A DNA stretch of 64,000 bases from a virus. The notes beneath the pieces were generated by a model. That model saw only the letters and a program-made list of their open reading frames with translations. It was not told the origin of the DNA and ran no database searches. The stretch is taken from positions 1 through 64,000 of the IMG/VR virus record IMGVR_UViG_3300027917_000032; one strand, written 5' to 3'. Shown piece by piece: positions 1 through 7,618 of this stretch (within the stretch, counting starts at the first letter, position 1; every line of letters starts with the position of its first letter). The position numbers were made by a program, and so were the translations under genes.

Positions 1-471
1 TTGTGGGCTGAGGCTGGGGCTGGGGCTGGGGCTGGGGCTGAGGCTGAGGCTGAGGCTGGGGCTGGGGCTGGGGCTGAGGCTGTGGCTGAGTCAGTGGAGC
101 TTAGTTTTCGCTATGAGCCTGCTCCCGCATCGGTCAGCGCGGCGCGTGATATTTTCGATAGGTATTTAGACTCCTATCCCTGGCACGCTCGGCGCCGCTA
201 CTATCCCTGGCACGCTCGGCACGCGGTCCCTGAAGTGCCCGATGACTTATGGGATTGTCTCACCCCGCTCGGCTGTCAGTGCCATCAATGCCTAGATTAC
301 CCGATTCAAGTCTACACCGATTCCCGCAGCCCAACAGCCCGATGGGCCGTTATTTCTAGTCGGGCGGTGCGTGACCGGGAGGAACTTTGGGAAGAACTCG
401 TTGACGACTACCCGGATGGGGTATTTTATGACCCGGCGCGACGAGTGTACCTCGCGTGGCACCGGGGATAA
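1..471 (+). CDS. hypothetical protein with Ala/Gly/Glu low-complexity N-terminus, probably 5'-truncated by the window
   Basis: Frame is open from the window edge and followed at once by an intrinsic terminator; internal duplication YPWHAR x2. Confidence 0.55.
   Translation: MWAEAGAGAGAGAEAEAEAGAGAGAEAVAESVELSFRYEPAPASVSAARDIFDRYLDSYPWHARRRYYPWHARHAVPEVPDDLWDCLTPLGCQCHQCLDYPIQVYTDSRSPTARWAVISSRAVRDREELWEELVDDYPDGVFYDPARRVYLAWHRG
6..89. repeat. hexamer tandem repeat GGCTG(G/A/T), about 14 units
   Basis: Seen directly; encodes AG/AE dipeptide run. Confidence 0.95.
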
Positions 472-477
472 CCGCTA

Positions 478-503
478 CCCACCCGCAAGGGTGGGTTTTC
501 TTT
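478..503 (+). terminator. rho-independent terminator
   Basis: CCCACCC-GCAA-GGGTGGG hairpin followed by TTTTCTTT, just after the stop of ORF 1..471. Confidence 0.85.
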
Positions 504-513
504 CGCGCCGGGC

Positions 514-637
514 CGGACCCCGACAATCGTTACGCCCCGCTCGGACCCCGACAATCGTTACGCCTCGCTCGGACCCCGACAATCGTTACCATTCTTCGGA
601 CCCCGACAATCAACATAATCGTTACCATTCTTCGGGG
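514..637. repeat. 27-28 bp tandem repeat, core CGGACCCCGACAATCGTTAC, 4 copies (last interrupted)
   Basis: Copies start at 514, 542, 570, 597. Confidence 0.95.
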
Positions 638-760
638 CCTAACTCGCGTGAGTATTCGCCCGGCTTAGCGGGGAGTGTTCGACAGTGGCCCGCTGAGGCC
701 GCCGTATTTGCGCCGTGTTGGCCGCTTGGGTCGGGCGAGTAGTTGGAGTGGTTAGCGCAT

Positions 761-803
761 GCAAAAAGCCCAGCGGCTCTTTACCGGCCACTAGGCTTTT
801 TGC
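761..803. terminator. probable bidirectional terminator
   Basis: GCAAAAAGCC...GGCTTTTTGC inverted repeat in a convergent intergenic region. Confidence 0.7.
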
Positions 804-893
804 CAATCATTCGGATACCGCTCTATTGGTGCCGTTGTTAGGGGTATCGGCACAACCCGCCAGTTTCACAGAGCCGGTATCCTTAACGCATAC

Positions 894-1286
894 CTAACCA
901 TAATATAAGTTACTCAGAGGTAAATCCGCATCAACCCTACCATCCACTGTCCCCGACCCCGCTAGATAGTAGGTCAGCGCGCAGCAATCCGGGGCCGATG
1001 GGCGAAGCTGTTGCGTAACCCGGTCCCAATCCACGTTGTTCAACTCGTCGTCAAGACTCAAGACAACCTGCGTGCTGAGGGTGACGGGATTGTGCATCGC
1101 CGTGAACCGTTGCAGCATACGGCCCTCGCCAGTGGGCCGAAGCACGGGCCTCAGCGCTCCGCTCCAGCCGGTCACGCCCAGTAGCTCCATCATCCGGCCC
1201 CGAATTTCGATGTAGCACTTCACGCCCCGTGGAAGCGCCTCAGTGAGCCACCGGCCCAACGTCGTTACGCCATACTTCTTTTCCAT
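894..1286 (-). CDS. hypothetical protein
   Basis: Last ORF of the minus-strand run; ATG preceded by AGAGG. Confidence 0.65.
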   Translation of the reverse strand: MEKKYGVTTLGRWLTEALPRGVKCYIEIRGRMMELLGVTGWSGALRPVLRPTGEGRMLQRFTAMHNPVTLSTQVVLSLDDELNNVDWDRVTQQLRPSAPDCCALTYYLAGSGTVDGRVDADLPLSNLYYG

Positions 1287-1370
1287 GTCTCTAACCTCTA
1301 ATGCCAAAGTGCAGGCCGCCAGCGCTGGGGCCAGGAATACAACAATCTCACCCTAAACACTATTAAGCGC

Positions 1371-1631
1371 CTATTCCGCAGGATTACCACAAACCTCAGA
1401 ATCCAACTCCTCGTTATTTGACCCCTCCCCCATCGCGTGATTGAACGTCGCCGTGTCGCACGCCGCCATAACCTCGCCTACGAGCAGCGCAGCGTAGGCT
1501 TGAACCTCGACAGGGCTCACGCCGCTATCAAGCAAGCACTCAAGTTGATTCTGCACCTGATTGCCCAACTCATCACAACGGTCCAGCGCCCGCTCGTCGG
1601 TCAACTCACCCGTCTTGTCGAACAGTGTCAT
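1371..1631 (-). CDS. hypothetical protein, paralog of 1606..1848
   Basis: DKTGELTDERALDRC vs DDMGSLTDNRANDAC; LLDSGVSP vs LFAEGMTP. Confidence 0.7.
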   Translation of the reverse strand: MTLFDKTGELTDERALDRCDELGNQVQNQLECLLDSGVSPVEVQAYAALLVGEVMAACDTATFNHAMGEGSNNEELDSEVCGNPAE

Positions 1632-1848
1632 TTGCTGCCTTTCTATAAAGGTTAGCAGTTAAATGCAAGCGCTCACACGCCGCCTGACACTGTATGTCGT
1701 TGCAAACAACGTCAATCAGCGCGCGGGATTGCATGGGCGTCATACCCTCCGCGAAAAGTTCCCGGAGAAGATTACGCACAATCGCGTTTATTTGACTACA
1801 GGCGTCATTCGCTCGGTTGTCGGTCAAACTTCCCATATCGTCAATCAT
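1606..1848 (-). CDS. hypothetical protein, paralog of 1371..1631
   Basis: Sequence similarity to its neighbour; ATGA overlap with upstream gene. Confidence 0.7.
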   Translation of the reverse strand: MIDDMGSLTDNRANDACSQINAIVRNLLRELFAEGMTPMQSRALIDVVCNDIQCQAACERLHLTANLYRKAANDTVRQDG

Positions 1849-2084
1849 AGCTTGGCCTCAATCTCGTCATATTGGAACGTGTAAAGCATGTGGGAATTGT
1901 AGGCGTGGCGCAGCAGCGCCCGCCGAACCTCGGTCGGGTACACTTCAAAGCCGGTCCCCACTAGCAGCATAACGGCGGCAAAGAATGGGTTGGCGTCGTC
2001 GTGCGGCGCATTAAGCCAGCCCCGCATAGCGGGAAGCGATAAGTGTTCGATCAGTCTACAGGCTTCCAGGTGCAGCATCACCAA
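1845..2084 (-). CDS. hypothetical protein
   Basis: Tightly packed, overlaps both neighbours. Confidence 0.6.
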   Translation of the reverse strand: MVMLHLEACRLIEHLSLPAMRGWLNAPHDDANPFFAAVMLLVGTGFEVYPTEVRRALLRHAYNSHMLYTFQYDEIEAKL

Positions 2085-2455
2085 CTCCCTCCCTCAACAA
2101 GCGCCCGCTCTTTGTACTTAGGCATGTAGAGATACGTCCAGCACATTACCGGCTCGGACGGTTTCTCATCGACCACCTTGACAACTTCCAACGCCACTCG
2201 CTTATAAAATTTTCCCTCGGACTCAAACGAGTCCAGATAGGCGAGCGTTTCCGGCAAGTCCGCAGGCCGGTAAATCTCACCCTCGGTCCAATCCCGATTG
2301 TCGCATTGTGTCGGCACCATGCCGGGAAAGCTGCCTAGGTCGAGCAGCGCGCAGCCGGGCACATAACCAACGCCAACAAACTCGCCCGCGAGGAGCGCGT
2401 GGCGGTTAGGCTGGCCCCGCTTCAGTGTGCCATAAACGAAAACGTGCTTAATCAC
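2078..2455 (-). CDS. gamma-glutamylcyclotransferase (GGCT/AIG2-like) family protein
   Basis: VFVYGTLKRG, FPGM, GEIY, LDSFE..Y.R motifs; likely GTG start at 2455. Confidence 0.9.
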   Translation of the reverse strand: MIKHVFVYGTLKRGQPNRHALLAGEFVGVGYVPGCALLDLGSFPGMVPTQCDNRDWTEGEIYRPADLPETLAYLDSFESEGKFYKRVALEVVKVVDEKPSEPVMCWTYLYMPKYKERALVEGGSW

Positions 2456-2690
2456 TCTTCTTTTTCTCCTGTAGGAATTGCCAGTACATACGCAGCAGCG
2501 TCCGAGCGATGCCACGGGGAGTGTTGTACCACTCGTCTTTCTCCTCGGAGGGGAGCACGTTGAAGAACTCTGCCACGTCGGCGGGTAGCTCGTTATCAAT
2601 CCAGTGGTCAGCACACGCCGTCTCATAAGCAGCGCAAGCTCGCTTAGACTCAAACAACGTGCCGTCAGCGGCTTGGTAAACCGTTTTCAT
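2448..2690 (-). CDS. hypothetical protein
   Basis: YQAADGTLFESKRACAAYE N-terminus typical of small phage proteins. Confidence 0.7.
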   Translation of the reverse strand: MKTVYQAADGTLFESKRACAAYETACADHWIDNELPADVAEFFNVLPSEEKDEWYNTPRGIARTLLRMYWQFLQEKKKSD

Positions 2691-2881
2691 TTGTTCCTCG
2701 CAATCTCGTCTCGGATTATGGTAGCCTCGCCCAATGACAATAGGGGATTACCCAAAAAGGTGCGGCACGCCGCGATCCCCTCCCAGGTGTCAACACCCAG
2801 GATCAAGCGCGCCGCTAGGGTGGCAACCCTTCGGTCCCACCCTAGCGTCATCAGTATGTTTCGGAGTTCGGTGAATCTCAT
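2687..2881 (-). CDS. hypothetical protein
   Basis: Packed ORF. Confidence 0.55.
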   Translation of the reverse strand: MRFTELRNILMTLGWDRRVATLAARLILGVDTWEGIAACRTFLGNPLLSLGEATIIRDEIARNK

Positions 2882-3087
2882 TTAGGCAACGCGGCGTAGA
2901 AAAGAGCGGTGAGGATCACAGCGCCGATGCCGCCTCCGATCCCGGTGCCGAGTAGGTACTGTTGAAAGATCGGGAGCGAATTGGCCCATTGGTCGAATAA
3001 GTAGAGGGAGTATATAACCCCCAGCGTAAACCCGATAGCGACAGTGGAACAGAGTACGGACAGGATTGCACAACACAGCAGTTTCAT
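2878..3087 (-). CDS. small two-TM membrane protein
   Basis: Two hydrophobic stretches. Confidence 0.6.
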   Translation of the reverse strand: MKLLCCAILSVLCSTVAIGFTLGVIYSLYLFDQWANSLPIFQQYLLGTGIGGGIGAVILTALFYAALPK

Positions 3088-3644
3088 CAGTAACTCCCCA
3101 TAGTATTTCGCACAAACCAAGCATACAAATCTTCCGGGTGCATCGGCACCGCCGAATCGGCCAGCGCTTCTGTCACACTCTTAACCTCCCCGTTGATATA
3201 CAGATAGAGGCTATCCCAATCGGGAGCCACACCAGTTACGGGCGGCTTGACAAACGGATTGTAGACAGTGACGGACTGAGGCTCGTAGTATGGATTCTGG
3301 TAGCTATAGGGGACCGTGTAAGCGGTCGTCGCGCCCCACGCACGAGTGTTTCGGGATGCCGACCCGTGCCGTGTCGTAACGCCCTTAAAGCTCCGAGAAA
3401 GGCCACTGGTCGAGCCCGTCGATGCTGCGCCGCCTGAGCGCTGTACCACCGTCTTATCAGCGTGTAGACGCCGGGGCTCGTAGCTGTAGCCCTCAGCCGC
3501 AGCGGCGGCCTGAGCGTTCTGCCAATAGGCCCACGCCTGATACTTTTCATCCGGTAGATTCTGAATACACTTCGGCAGGTCGTGCGCGCACACACTACCA
3601 GCACACAGAGCAGTCAACGACAACAGCCACACAAACAATCGCAT
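3087..3644 (-). CDS. putative exported protein
   Basis: Signal-peptide-like MRLFVWLLSLTALCAGSVCA. Confidence 0.65.
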   Translation of the reverse strand: MRLFVWLLSLTALCAGSVCAHDLPKCIQNLPDEKYQAWAYWQNAQAAAAAEGYSYEPRRLHADKTVVQRSGGAASTGSTSGLSRSFKGVTTRHGSASRNTRAWGATTAYTVPYSYQNPYYEPQSVTVYNPFVKPPVTGVAPDWDSLYLYINGEVKSVTEALADSAVPMHPEDLYAWFVRNTMGSY

Positions 3645-3850
3645 TTGGTTTCTCCAGTGGTAAAAAAGTCAACGTCTGTCATGTAGAAAAAGTCGCCAGC
3701 GGGCCAGAAGCGCCCGGTGTCAGCGGATATGATGAACAACTCCATTTCATCCTCGACGTGCTGCACAAGATCAGGATACTTGGCAGTGTCGTCCGCACAT
3801 TCGGGATACCGGTCTACGTTATTCGTTATCTTTACGACACGATATTTCAT
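3614..3850 (-). CDS. hypothetical protein
   Basis: Packed ORF with ATGA overlap. Confidence 0.55.
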   Translation of the reverse strand: MKYRVVKITNNVDRYPECADDTAKYPDLVQHVEDEMELFIISADTGRFWPAGDFFYMTDVDFFTTGETKCDCLCGCCR

Positions 3851-4449
3851 AGGATTGCCTTCTGTAAAGAGCAGCGGTCACAGTCAGCCCCATCCATAAG
3901 CTCAACCTTTTCCCACAACCCGCAAGACTCGCACTGACCCAGCCCCATATCCAGCATGTCTTGTTCTACGTCATCCAGGTCATAGTCAGTCCAGACTAGC
4001 CCCAGATCATCCAGCGCGTGCTCAATAGGTGTGCGTGTGTGATGGAGTGCTCGAATCAGGTTACAAAGTCTGGGATAGTCTAGTTTGGGACGAGGCAGGG
4101 CGAGGGCGGTTGTGACACCCTCAACATAGGTGATAACATCCTCAACGAATTGAGGCCCATGCCGAAACTGAGCACGCATCGCTCTGTCAACGATGAATGT
4201 GAGATAGTTACCTTTGTATTGACGTAGGATGTTTGGCCCGCCGTAGAAGTAAACTGGCCCCACCTTAAAGGTTGGTGCTTTAGGGTTGAAGTCTTGAACA
4301 AGCTCGGCAGGCGTTGTCCTACAATAGCCGCCCGCGCTTAACACGAGAAGTTCATCGGCAACCGCATCCCCAAAATGTCGCAGAATCATCACCGCCGACT
4401 CGATAGTGAGAAAGGTCAGTCGATTCCGCAGTTGTTCGTGAGTAAGCAT
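3847..4449 (-). CDS. F-x-GGP family protein with C-terminal CxxC...CxxC zinc ribbon
   Basis: VYFYGGPNILRQYKGNYLTFIVD matches the motif of the 8.4-10.2 kb array; CESC/CDRC. Confidence 0.7.
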   Translation of the reverse strand: MLTHEQLRNRLTFLTIESAVMILRHFGDAVADELLVLSAGGYCRTTPAELVQDFNPKAPTFKVGPVYFYGGPNILRQYKGNYLTFIVDRAMRAQFRHGPQFVEDVITYVEGVTTALALPRPKLDYPRLCNLIRALHHTRTPIEHALDDLGLVWTDYDLDDVEQDMLDMGLGQCESCGLWEKVELMDGADCDRCSLQKAIL

Positions 4450-4454
4450 ACCAA

Positions 4455-4482
4455 ACTCTACCATACGAAACGCCGTTGTCAA
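4455..4482 (-). promoter_or_regulatory. sigma70-type promoter, likely leaderless transcript
   Basis: TTGACA-N16-TAGAGT with TG extension; ATG 5 nt after the -10. Confidence 0.7.
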
Positions 4483-4625
4483 GCGAGTGCGTGCAAAAAG
4501 CGCAGGGAAACCTCCACGCACAGCATAGCCCCGAGAAAGGCGAGCAGTTTGCCCAACCCGCCGCTACAGGCGACGGCAGCGCCAATCGCCGCCAGCGTAA
4601 CCAGTTTAACCGTTAGATTCTTCAT
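4479..4625 (-). CDS. small membrane protein
   Basis: Hydrophobic 48-aa ORF. Confidence 0.5.
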   Translation of the reverse strand: MKNLTVKLVTLAAIGAAVACSGGLGKLLAFLGAMLCVEVSLRFLHALA

Positions 4626-4700
4626 GGCCGCTCCAGAACAGTTTATCCGCAAGATCAACGGCCTCGACCAAGACCCCGAGAAACACTGCAAGTGTCAACA

Positions 4701-5168
4701 TCAGTACATTTCCCCTTTCCATGCCCGCATGAGCCGCTCCACCTTGCCCGCAAGTAACGGGTGTCCCTGCCGCATACGCAAGCGACGGGCGGCGTTAGGC
4801 TTCTCCAATTCGTGATAAATAAACGAATCGTCAAAACCGATCAAGTCAGCAGTATGCCGATCAACGGCGTAGTATACCCGGCGCAAGCGAGCCCAGTAGG
4901 CAGCGGCTAGGCACATGGGGCACGGCTCACACGTCGCATAAAGCTCACAGTCGGTGAGCCGGTGCGTGCCAAGAACGTCGCACGCCAGCCGGATAGCCAT
5001 TATCTCGGCGTGGGCAGTCGGATCGTTCAGGGTTGTGACACCGTTGGCGGCGACCGCAATCACCGCCTTGCCCCGCATCACGGCCGCGCCGAAGGGACCA
5101 CCGGCGCTAGCTTCCATCGCCGCTATAGCCGCATCCCAGCCGTCTTTTAGTCCTACCTGTTGTGTCAT
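4701..5168 (-). CDS. guaD: guanine deaminase (cytidine-deaminase fold, Bacillus GuaD type)
   Basis: GGPFGA, DPTAHAEI, TCEPCPMC and the GuaD-like GFDDSFIY tail; GGAGGAG RBS. Confidence 0.85.
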   Translation of the reverse strand: MTQQVGLKDGWDAAIAAMEASAGGPFGAAVMRGKAVIAVAANGVTTLNDPTAHAEIMAIRLACDVLGTHRLTDCELYATCEPCPMCLAAAYWARLRRVYYAVDRHTADLIGFDDSFIYHELEKPNAARRLRMRQGHPLLAGKVERLMRAWKGEMY

Positions 5169-5292
5169 CGTTCTCCTCCATAGAATTTTTGTTCGATCCA
5201 GACGGCGTAGGGTGTCTGTGTTCCATCCGTGAAATACACCTGTCCACAACAAATCGACTCCACCTTCTTTTTATCTTCCTGCTTCTCAGGTG

Positions 5293-5754
5293 TCATGGTA
5301 CGTCTCGCATTAGTCGTTCAAGTTCAGTCAGTCCTTCACCCGTGCGACAGCCGGGCACCCACCCGTCAATATGCCAGTGGCCCAAGCACGGCGGGAAGTC
5401 GTGCATCGCTTCGTGAACCAGTAACATGAGGGCCAGGTCATCGTCGTGGTCCCACTCCTCCCGGTTCAGCGTAACGCCAGGTGTCCAAGGAATGTTAATC
5501 CCAGCAGCGAAGTGCAGGTCAAGGATACGGACAGTGAAGCGGTCCACCAAGCGATACTTTCGCGCGGTATAGTGCAACACTTCTTTGAGCTTGCGATTCT
5601 CACAAGCCGCCTCCAACCGCTCGATACGTGCCGAAATGCGGTCGAGCTTCGCTTGATCCGCCGTAGTGCCCGCTGAGGGGATCATAGCGAGCCACGGCAG
5701 AGTCAGACAGCCGAGCACTACGCCACCGGCCACACGCCACCAGTTGATTTTCAT
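5293..5754 (-). CDS. membrane-anchored putative zinc metallopeptidase
   Basis: N-terminal TM/signal; LLVHEAMH (HExxH) plus downstream His. Confidence 0.55.
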   Translation of the reverse strand: MKINWWRVAGGVVLGCLTLPWLAMIPSAGTTADQAKLDRISARIERLEAACENRKLKEVLHYTARKYRLVDRFTVRILDLHFAAGINIPWTPGVTLNREEWDHDDDLALMLLVHEAMHDFPPCLGHWHIDGWVPGCRTGEGLTELERLMRDVP

Positions 5755-5918
5755 GGAAGTCTCCGGTAGTAACGGGCTCGTTCATCCGGCGACATGCCAG
5801 CCGTCACGATAACGTCGTACAGGACTGAGGCAAGGATGAGCGGCGACAAGGCCAGCATCATAAGCACGATGATCGGGTAGCCGATAAACCACTTGCAGAG
5901 TTTGTTAAACAATGGCAT
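5751..5918 (-). CDS. small membrane protein (55 aa, not in ORF track), paralog of 5905..6114
   Basis: LSPLILASVLYDVIVTAGMSPDERARY vs FSPFIVIQLAFDYLDTRNMTPEELAAW. Confidence 0.65.
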   Translation of the reverse strand: MPLFNKLCKWFIGYPIIVLMMLALSPLILASVLYDVIVTAGMSPDERARYYRRLP

Positions 5919-6114
5919 AAGCGTGTCCTGAATGTTTGTTGCTGAGGAACTTGCGATTCTCTTTCCACGCTGCCAATTCTTCCGGCGTCATGTTCCGCGT
6001 ATCAAGATAGTCAAACGCTAGTTGTATTACGATGAACGGCGAGAAGAAAAGAATTAACGGCACGGTAAAGGGAGCCACAACGATAAGGGCCAGGATTGTT
6101 TTGAGTAACTTCAC
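5905..6114 (-). CDS. small membrane protein
   Basis: Hydrophobic; GTG start with GGAGG RBS. Confidence 0.65.
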   Translation of the reverse strand: MKLLKTILALIVVAPFTVPLILFFSPFIVIQLAFDYLDTRNMTPEELAAWKENRKFLSNKHSGHAYAIV

Positions 6115-6539
6115 CAACAAACCTCCACAATGTATTTTCCAGGGTCCAGGAAACGGTCCACGCACAAGGCGTTAAGCACGTCGTAGTTGGAGAAATCCGC
6201 CGATTCGCCCGCCCGAAACAACTCCATTTGCTCCCGGTCGTAGCGAGTCATCGCAGCGGGGTTGACCGTAAACGAGTGTAAGGTATCGTTTCCACACTCT
6301 TCCGTCGCTACGAACGAGTAGTCGGGGCGGCTATAGAAGCGGTGAACAATATCTTCAATCACACCGTAGTCGATGCGGATAGTCGTCTGGATTCTACGCC
6401 GGTAGGAAAACTCAATAGGCTTAGGCACGCCGCCGCCACAAGCGCTACACCAGAAGAATGATGCTCCCATACCTGCGCCGGTAATCCGGTCCACGGCTCC
6501 ACAATGCGGGCACACGTTCACTTTCTTCAAGTCAGCCAT
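6111..6539 (-). CDS. zinc-ribbon protein
   Basis: CPHC...CSAC. Confidence 0.7.
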   Translation of the reverse strand: MADLKKVNVCPHCGAVDRITGAGMGASFFWCSACGGGVPKPIEFSYRRRIQTTIRIDYGVIEDIVHRFYSRPDYSFVATEECGNDTLHSFTVNPAAMTRYDREQMELFRAGESADFSNYDVLNALCVDRFLDPGKYIVEVCW

Positions 6540-6552
6540 CGCATACCCTTTC

Positions 6553-6747
6553 TCAACCTATGCAGTCCAGAAGGCTAAAGGCGTCATCGGTCATAACTAA
6601 TTCAACCGCCTTGGGATGGCCCGTGACCCACGCCAAAGCGAAAATACGCTGGTTCAGCATTGTTTGGGCAGCGCTGCCGGGTGTTGCCCGGTCCCGCTGT
6701 GCCGCTAATGCAAACAAGGTCGTTTTGATTTGTTCTTCTGTTTTCAT
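6553..6747 (-). CDS. hypothetical protein starting 2 nt after the tRNA-Gln discriminator
   Basis: MKTEEQIK...; the longer ORF-track version runs through the tRNA. Confidence 0.55.
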   Translation of the reverse strand: MKTEEQIKTTLFALAAQRDRATPGSAAQTMLNQRIFALAWVTGHPKAVELVMTDDAFSLLDCIG

Positions 6748-6749
6748 AG

Positions 6750-6821
6750 CAGTGGAGGGAGGAATCGAACCTACCGCCTTTTGATCCAAAGTCAAACGTG
6801 CTACCATTACACCACCCCACT
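6750..6821 (-). tRNA. tRNA-Gln (TTG)
   Basis: Cloverleaf: AGTGGGG/CTCCACT, TTTGA-CTTTGGA-TCAAA, TTCGATT T-loop; no encoded CCA. Confidence 0.9.
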
Positions 6822-7047
6822 AAGTGCGCATCACTATCGACGCCGCTTCTGCCAGCCCGGCGTCACGGCCACGCCTATACCCCTCCGCAAACATTTTGGC
6901 TTTGCGGTAAGTATAAACCGTCTTGAGCGTGCCGCCACCGCACCATTCAAAACTGAAAACCATTGTGCCCTTTGTACGGCGACCTAGCACACGCAAGCCC
7001 GTCATATCTTCCAGAGCGGCGATTCGCTTCTGTAGAACCTTGTCCAT
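6820..7047 (-). CDS. hypothetical protein
   Basis: GGAGGAG RBS before MDKVLQ. Confidence 0.65.
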   Translation of the reverse strand: MDKVLQKRIAALEDMTGLRVLGRRTKGTMVFSFEWCGGGTLKTVYTYRKAKMFAEGYRRGRDAGLAEAASIVMRT

Positions 7048-7108
7048 ACTCTCCTCCATCCGTATCCTCCCAGTACCAAGTACCATCTTCTATACCCCAC
7101 TGTGAGTG
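7009..7108. repeat. 100-bp direct repeat, copy 1
   Basis: 97/100 identical to 7351..7450; begins at the tRNA-Glu 3' end. Confidence 0.95.
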
Positions 7109-7178
7109 GCCCCGCCCGGTAATGCTCCGGGTTCTCCGGGTTGAAAGCCCGGCGATCTAACTTCTAATCTACGGGGCC
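7107..7178 (-). tRNA. tRNA-Glu (TTC) with non-canonical T-loop AGCATTA
   Basis: GGCCCCG/CGGGGCC acceptor, CCGGG-CTTTCAA-CCCGG anticodon arm. Confidence 0.85.
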
Positions 7179-7180
7179 GG

Positions 7181-7267
7181 TCGCCGGGGCAGGACTTGAA
7201 CCTGCATCGGGAGCCGCGAACTCCCACCCCTTACATGAGGCGCGTCTGCCACTTCCGCCACCCGGCT
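7181..7267 (-). tRNA. type II (Leu/Tyr-like) tRNA-like gene with shortened anticodon arm, probably non-decoding
   Basis: D arm GCG-GAAGTGGCAGA-CGC, long variable arm, GCAGG-TTCAAGT-CCTGC; anticodon arm CCTC-ATGTAA-GGGG. Confidence 0.65.
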
Positions 7268-7346
7268 AGGTGCCCTTCCGCCCGCCCGGTCGTCCTGTAG
7301 ACAGTTGAGCGGGCCGGAAGGCTATGTTGTTGCACCTGGCAGGATG
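7268..7346 (-). ncRNA. candidate structured RNA
   Basis: Nested helices AGGTGC/GCACCT, CCTTCC/GGAAGG, GCCCGC/GCGGGC. Confidence 0.4.
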
Positions 7347-7350
7347 GGCT

Positions 7351-7450
7351 TTCCAGAGCGGCGATTCGCTTCTGTAGAACCTTGTCCATACTATCCTCCA
7401 CTCGTATCCTCCCAGTACCAAGTACCATCTTCTATACCCCACTGTGAGTG
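7351..7450. repeat. 100-bp direct repeat, copy 2
   Basis: See copy 1; holds only the first codons of the MDKVLQ gene. Confidence 0.95.
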
Positions 7451-7520
7451 ACCCAGCCGGGTTACGCTCCCGGTTCTCCAGGTTGAAAGCCTGGTGACAT
7501 AACTAGTAGTCCACTGGGCC
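7449..7520 (-). tRNA. tRNA-Glu (TTC) with non-canonical T-loop AGCGTAA
   Basis: GGCCCAG/CTGGGTC acceptor, CCAGG-CTTTCAA-CCTGG anticodon arm. Confidence 0.85.
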
Positions 7521-7523
7521 GCG

Positions 7524-7618
7524 AAGGCGTGCGGGAACTACCTCAAGCACCATGCGCTTCCCGCAGCGGTTAGGTTTACTGCTCCCGGTAGCCAGGGTCT
7601 TACTCCCTGGGACGCCTT
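7524..7618 (-). ncRNA. candidate structured RNA
   Basis: AAGGCGT/ACGCCTT closing stem; CCAGGG/CCCTGG and GCGGGAA/TTCCCGC arms. Confidence 0.45.

Noticed and set aside
514-637. CRISPR mini-array
   Set aside because: Units are head-to-tail with only 7-8 variable nt, no unique spacers, and no cas genes
4701-5168. tRNA adenosine deaminase TadA
   Set aside because: GGPFGA and the GFDDSFIY tail fit GuaD-type guanine deaminase better than TadA (EVPVGA)
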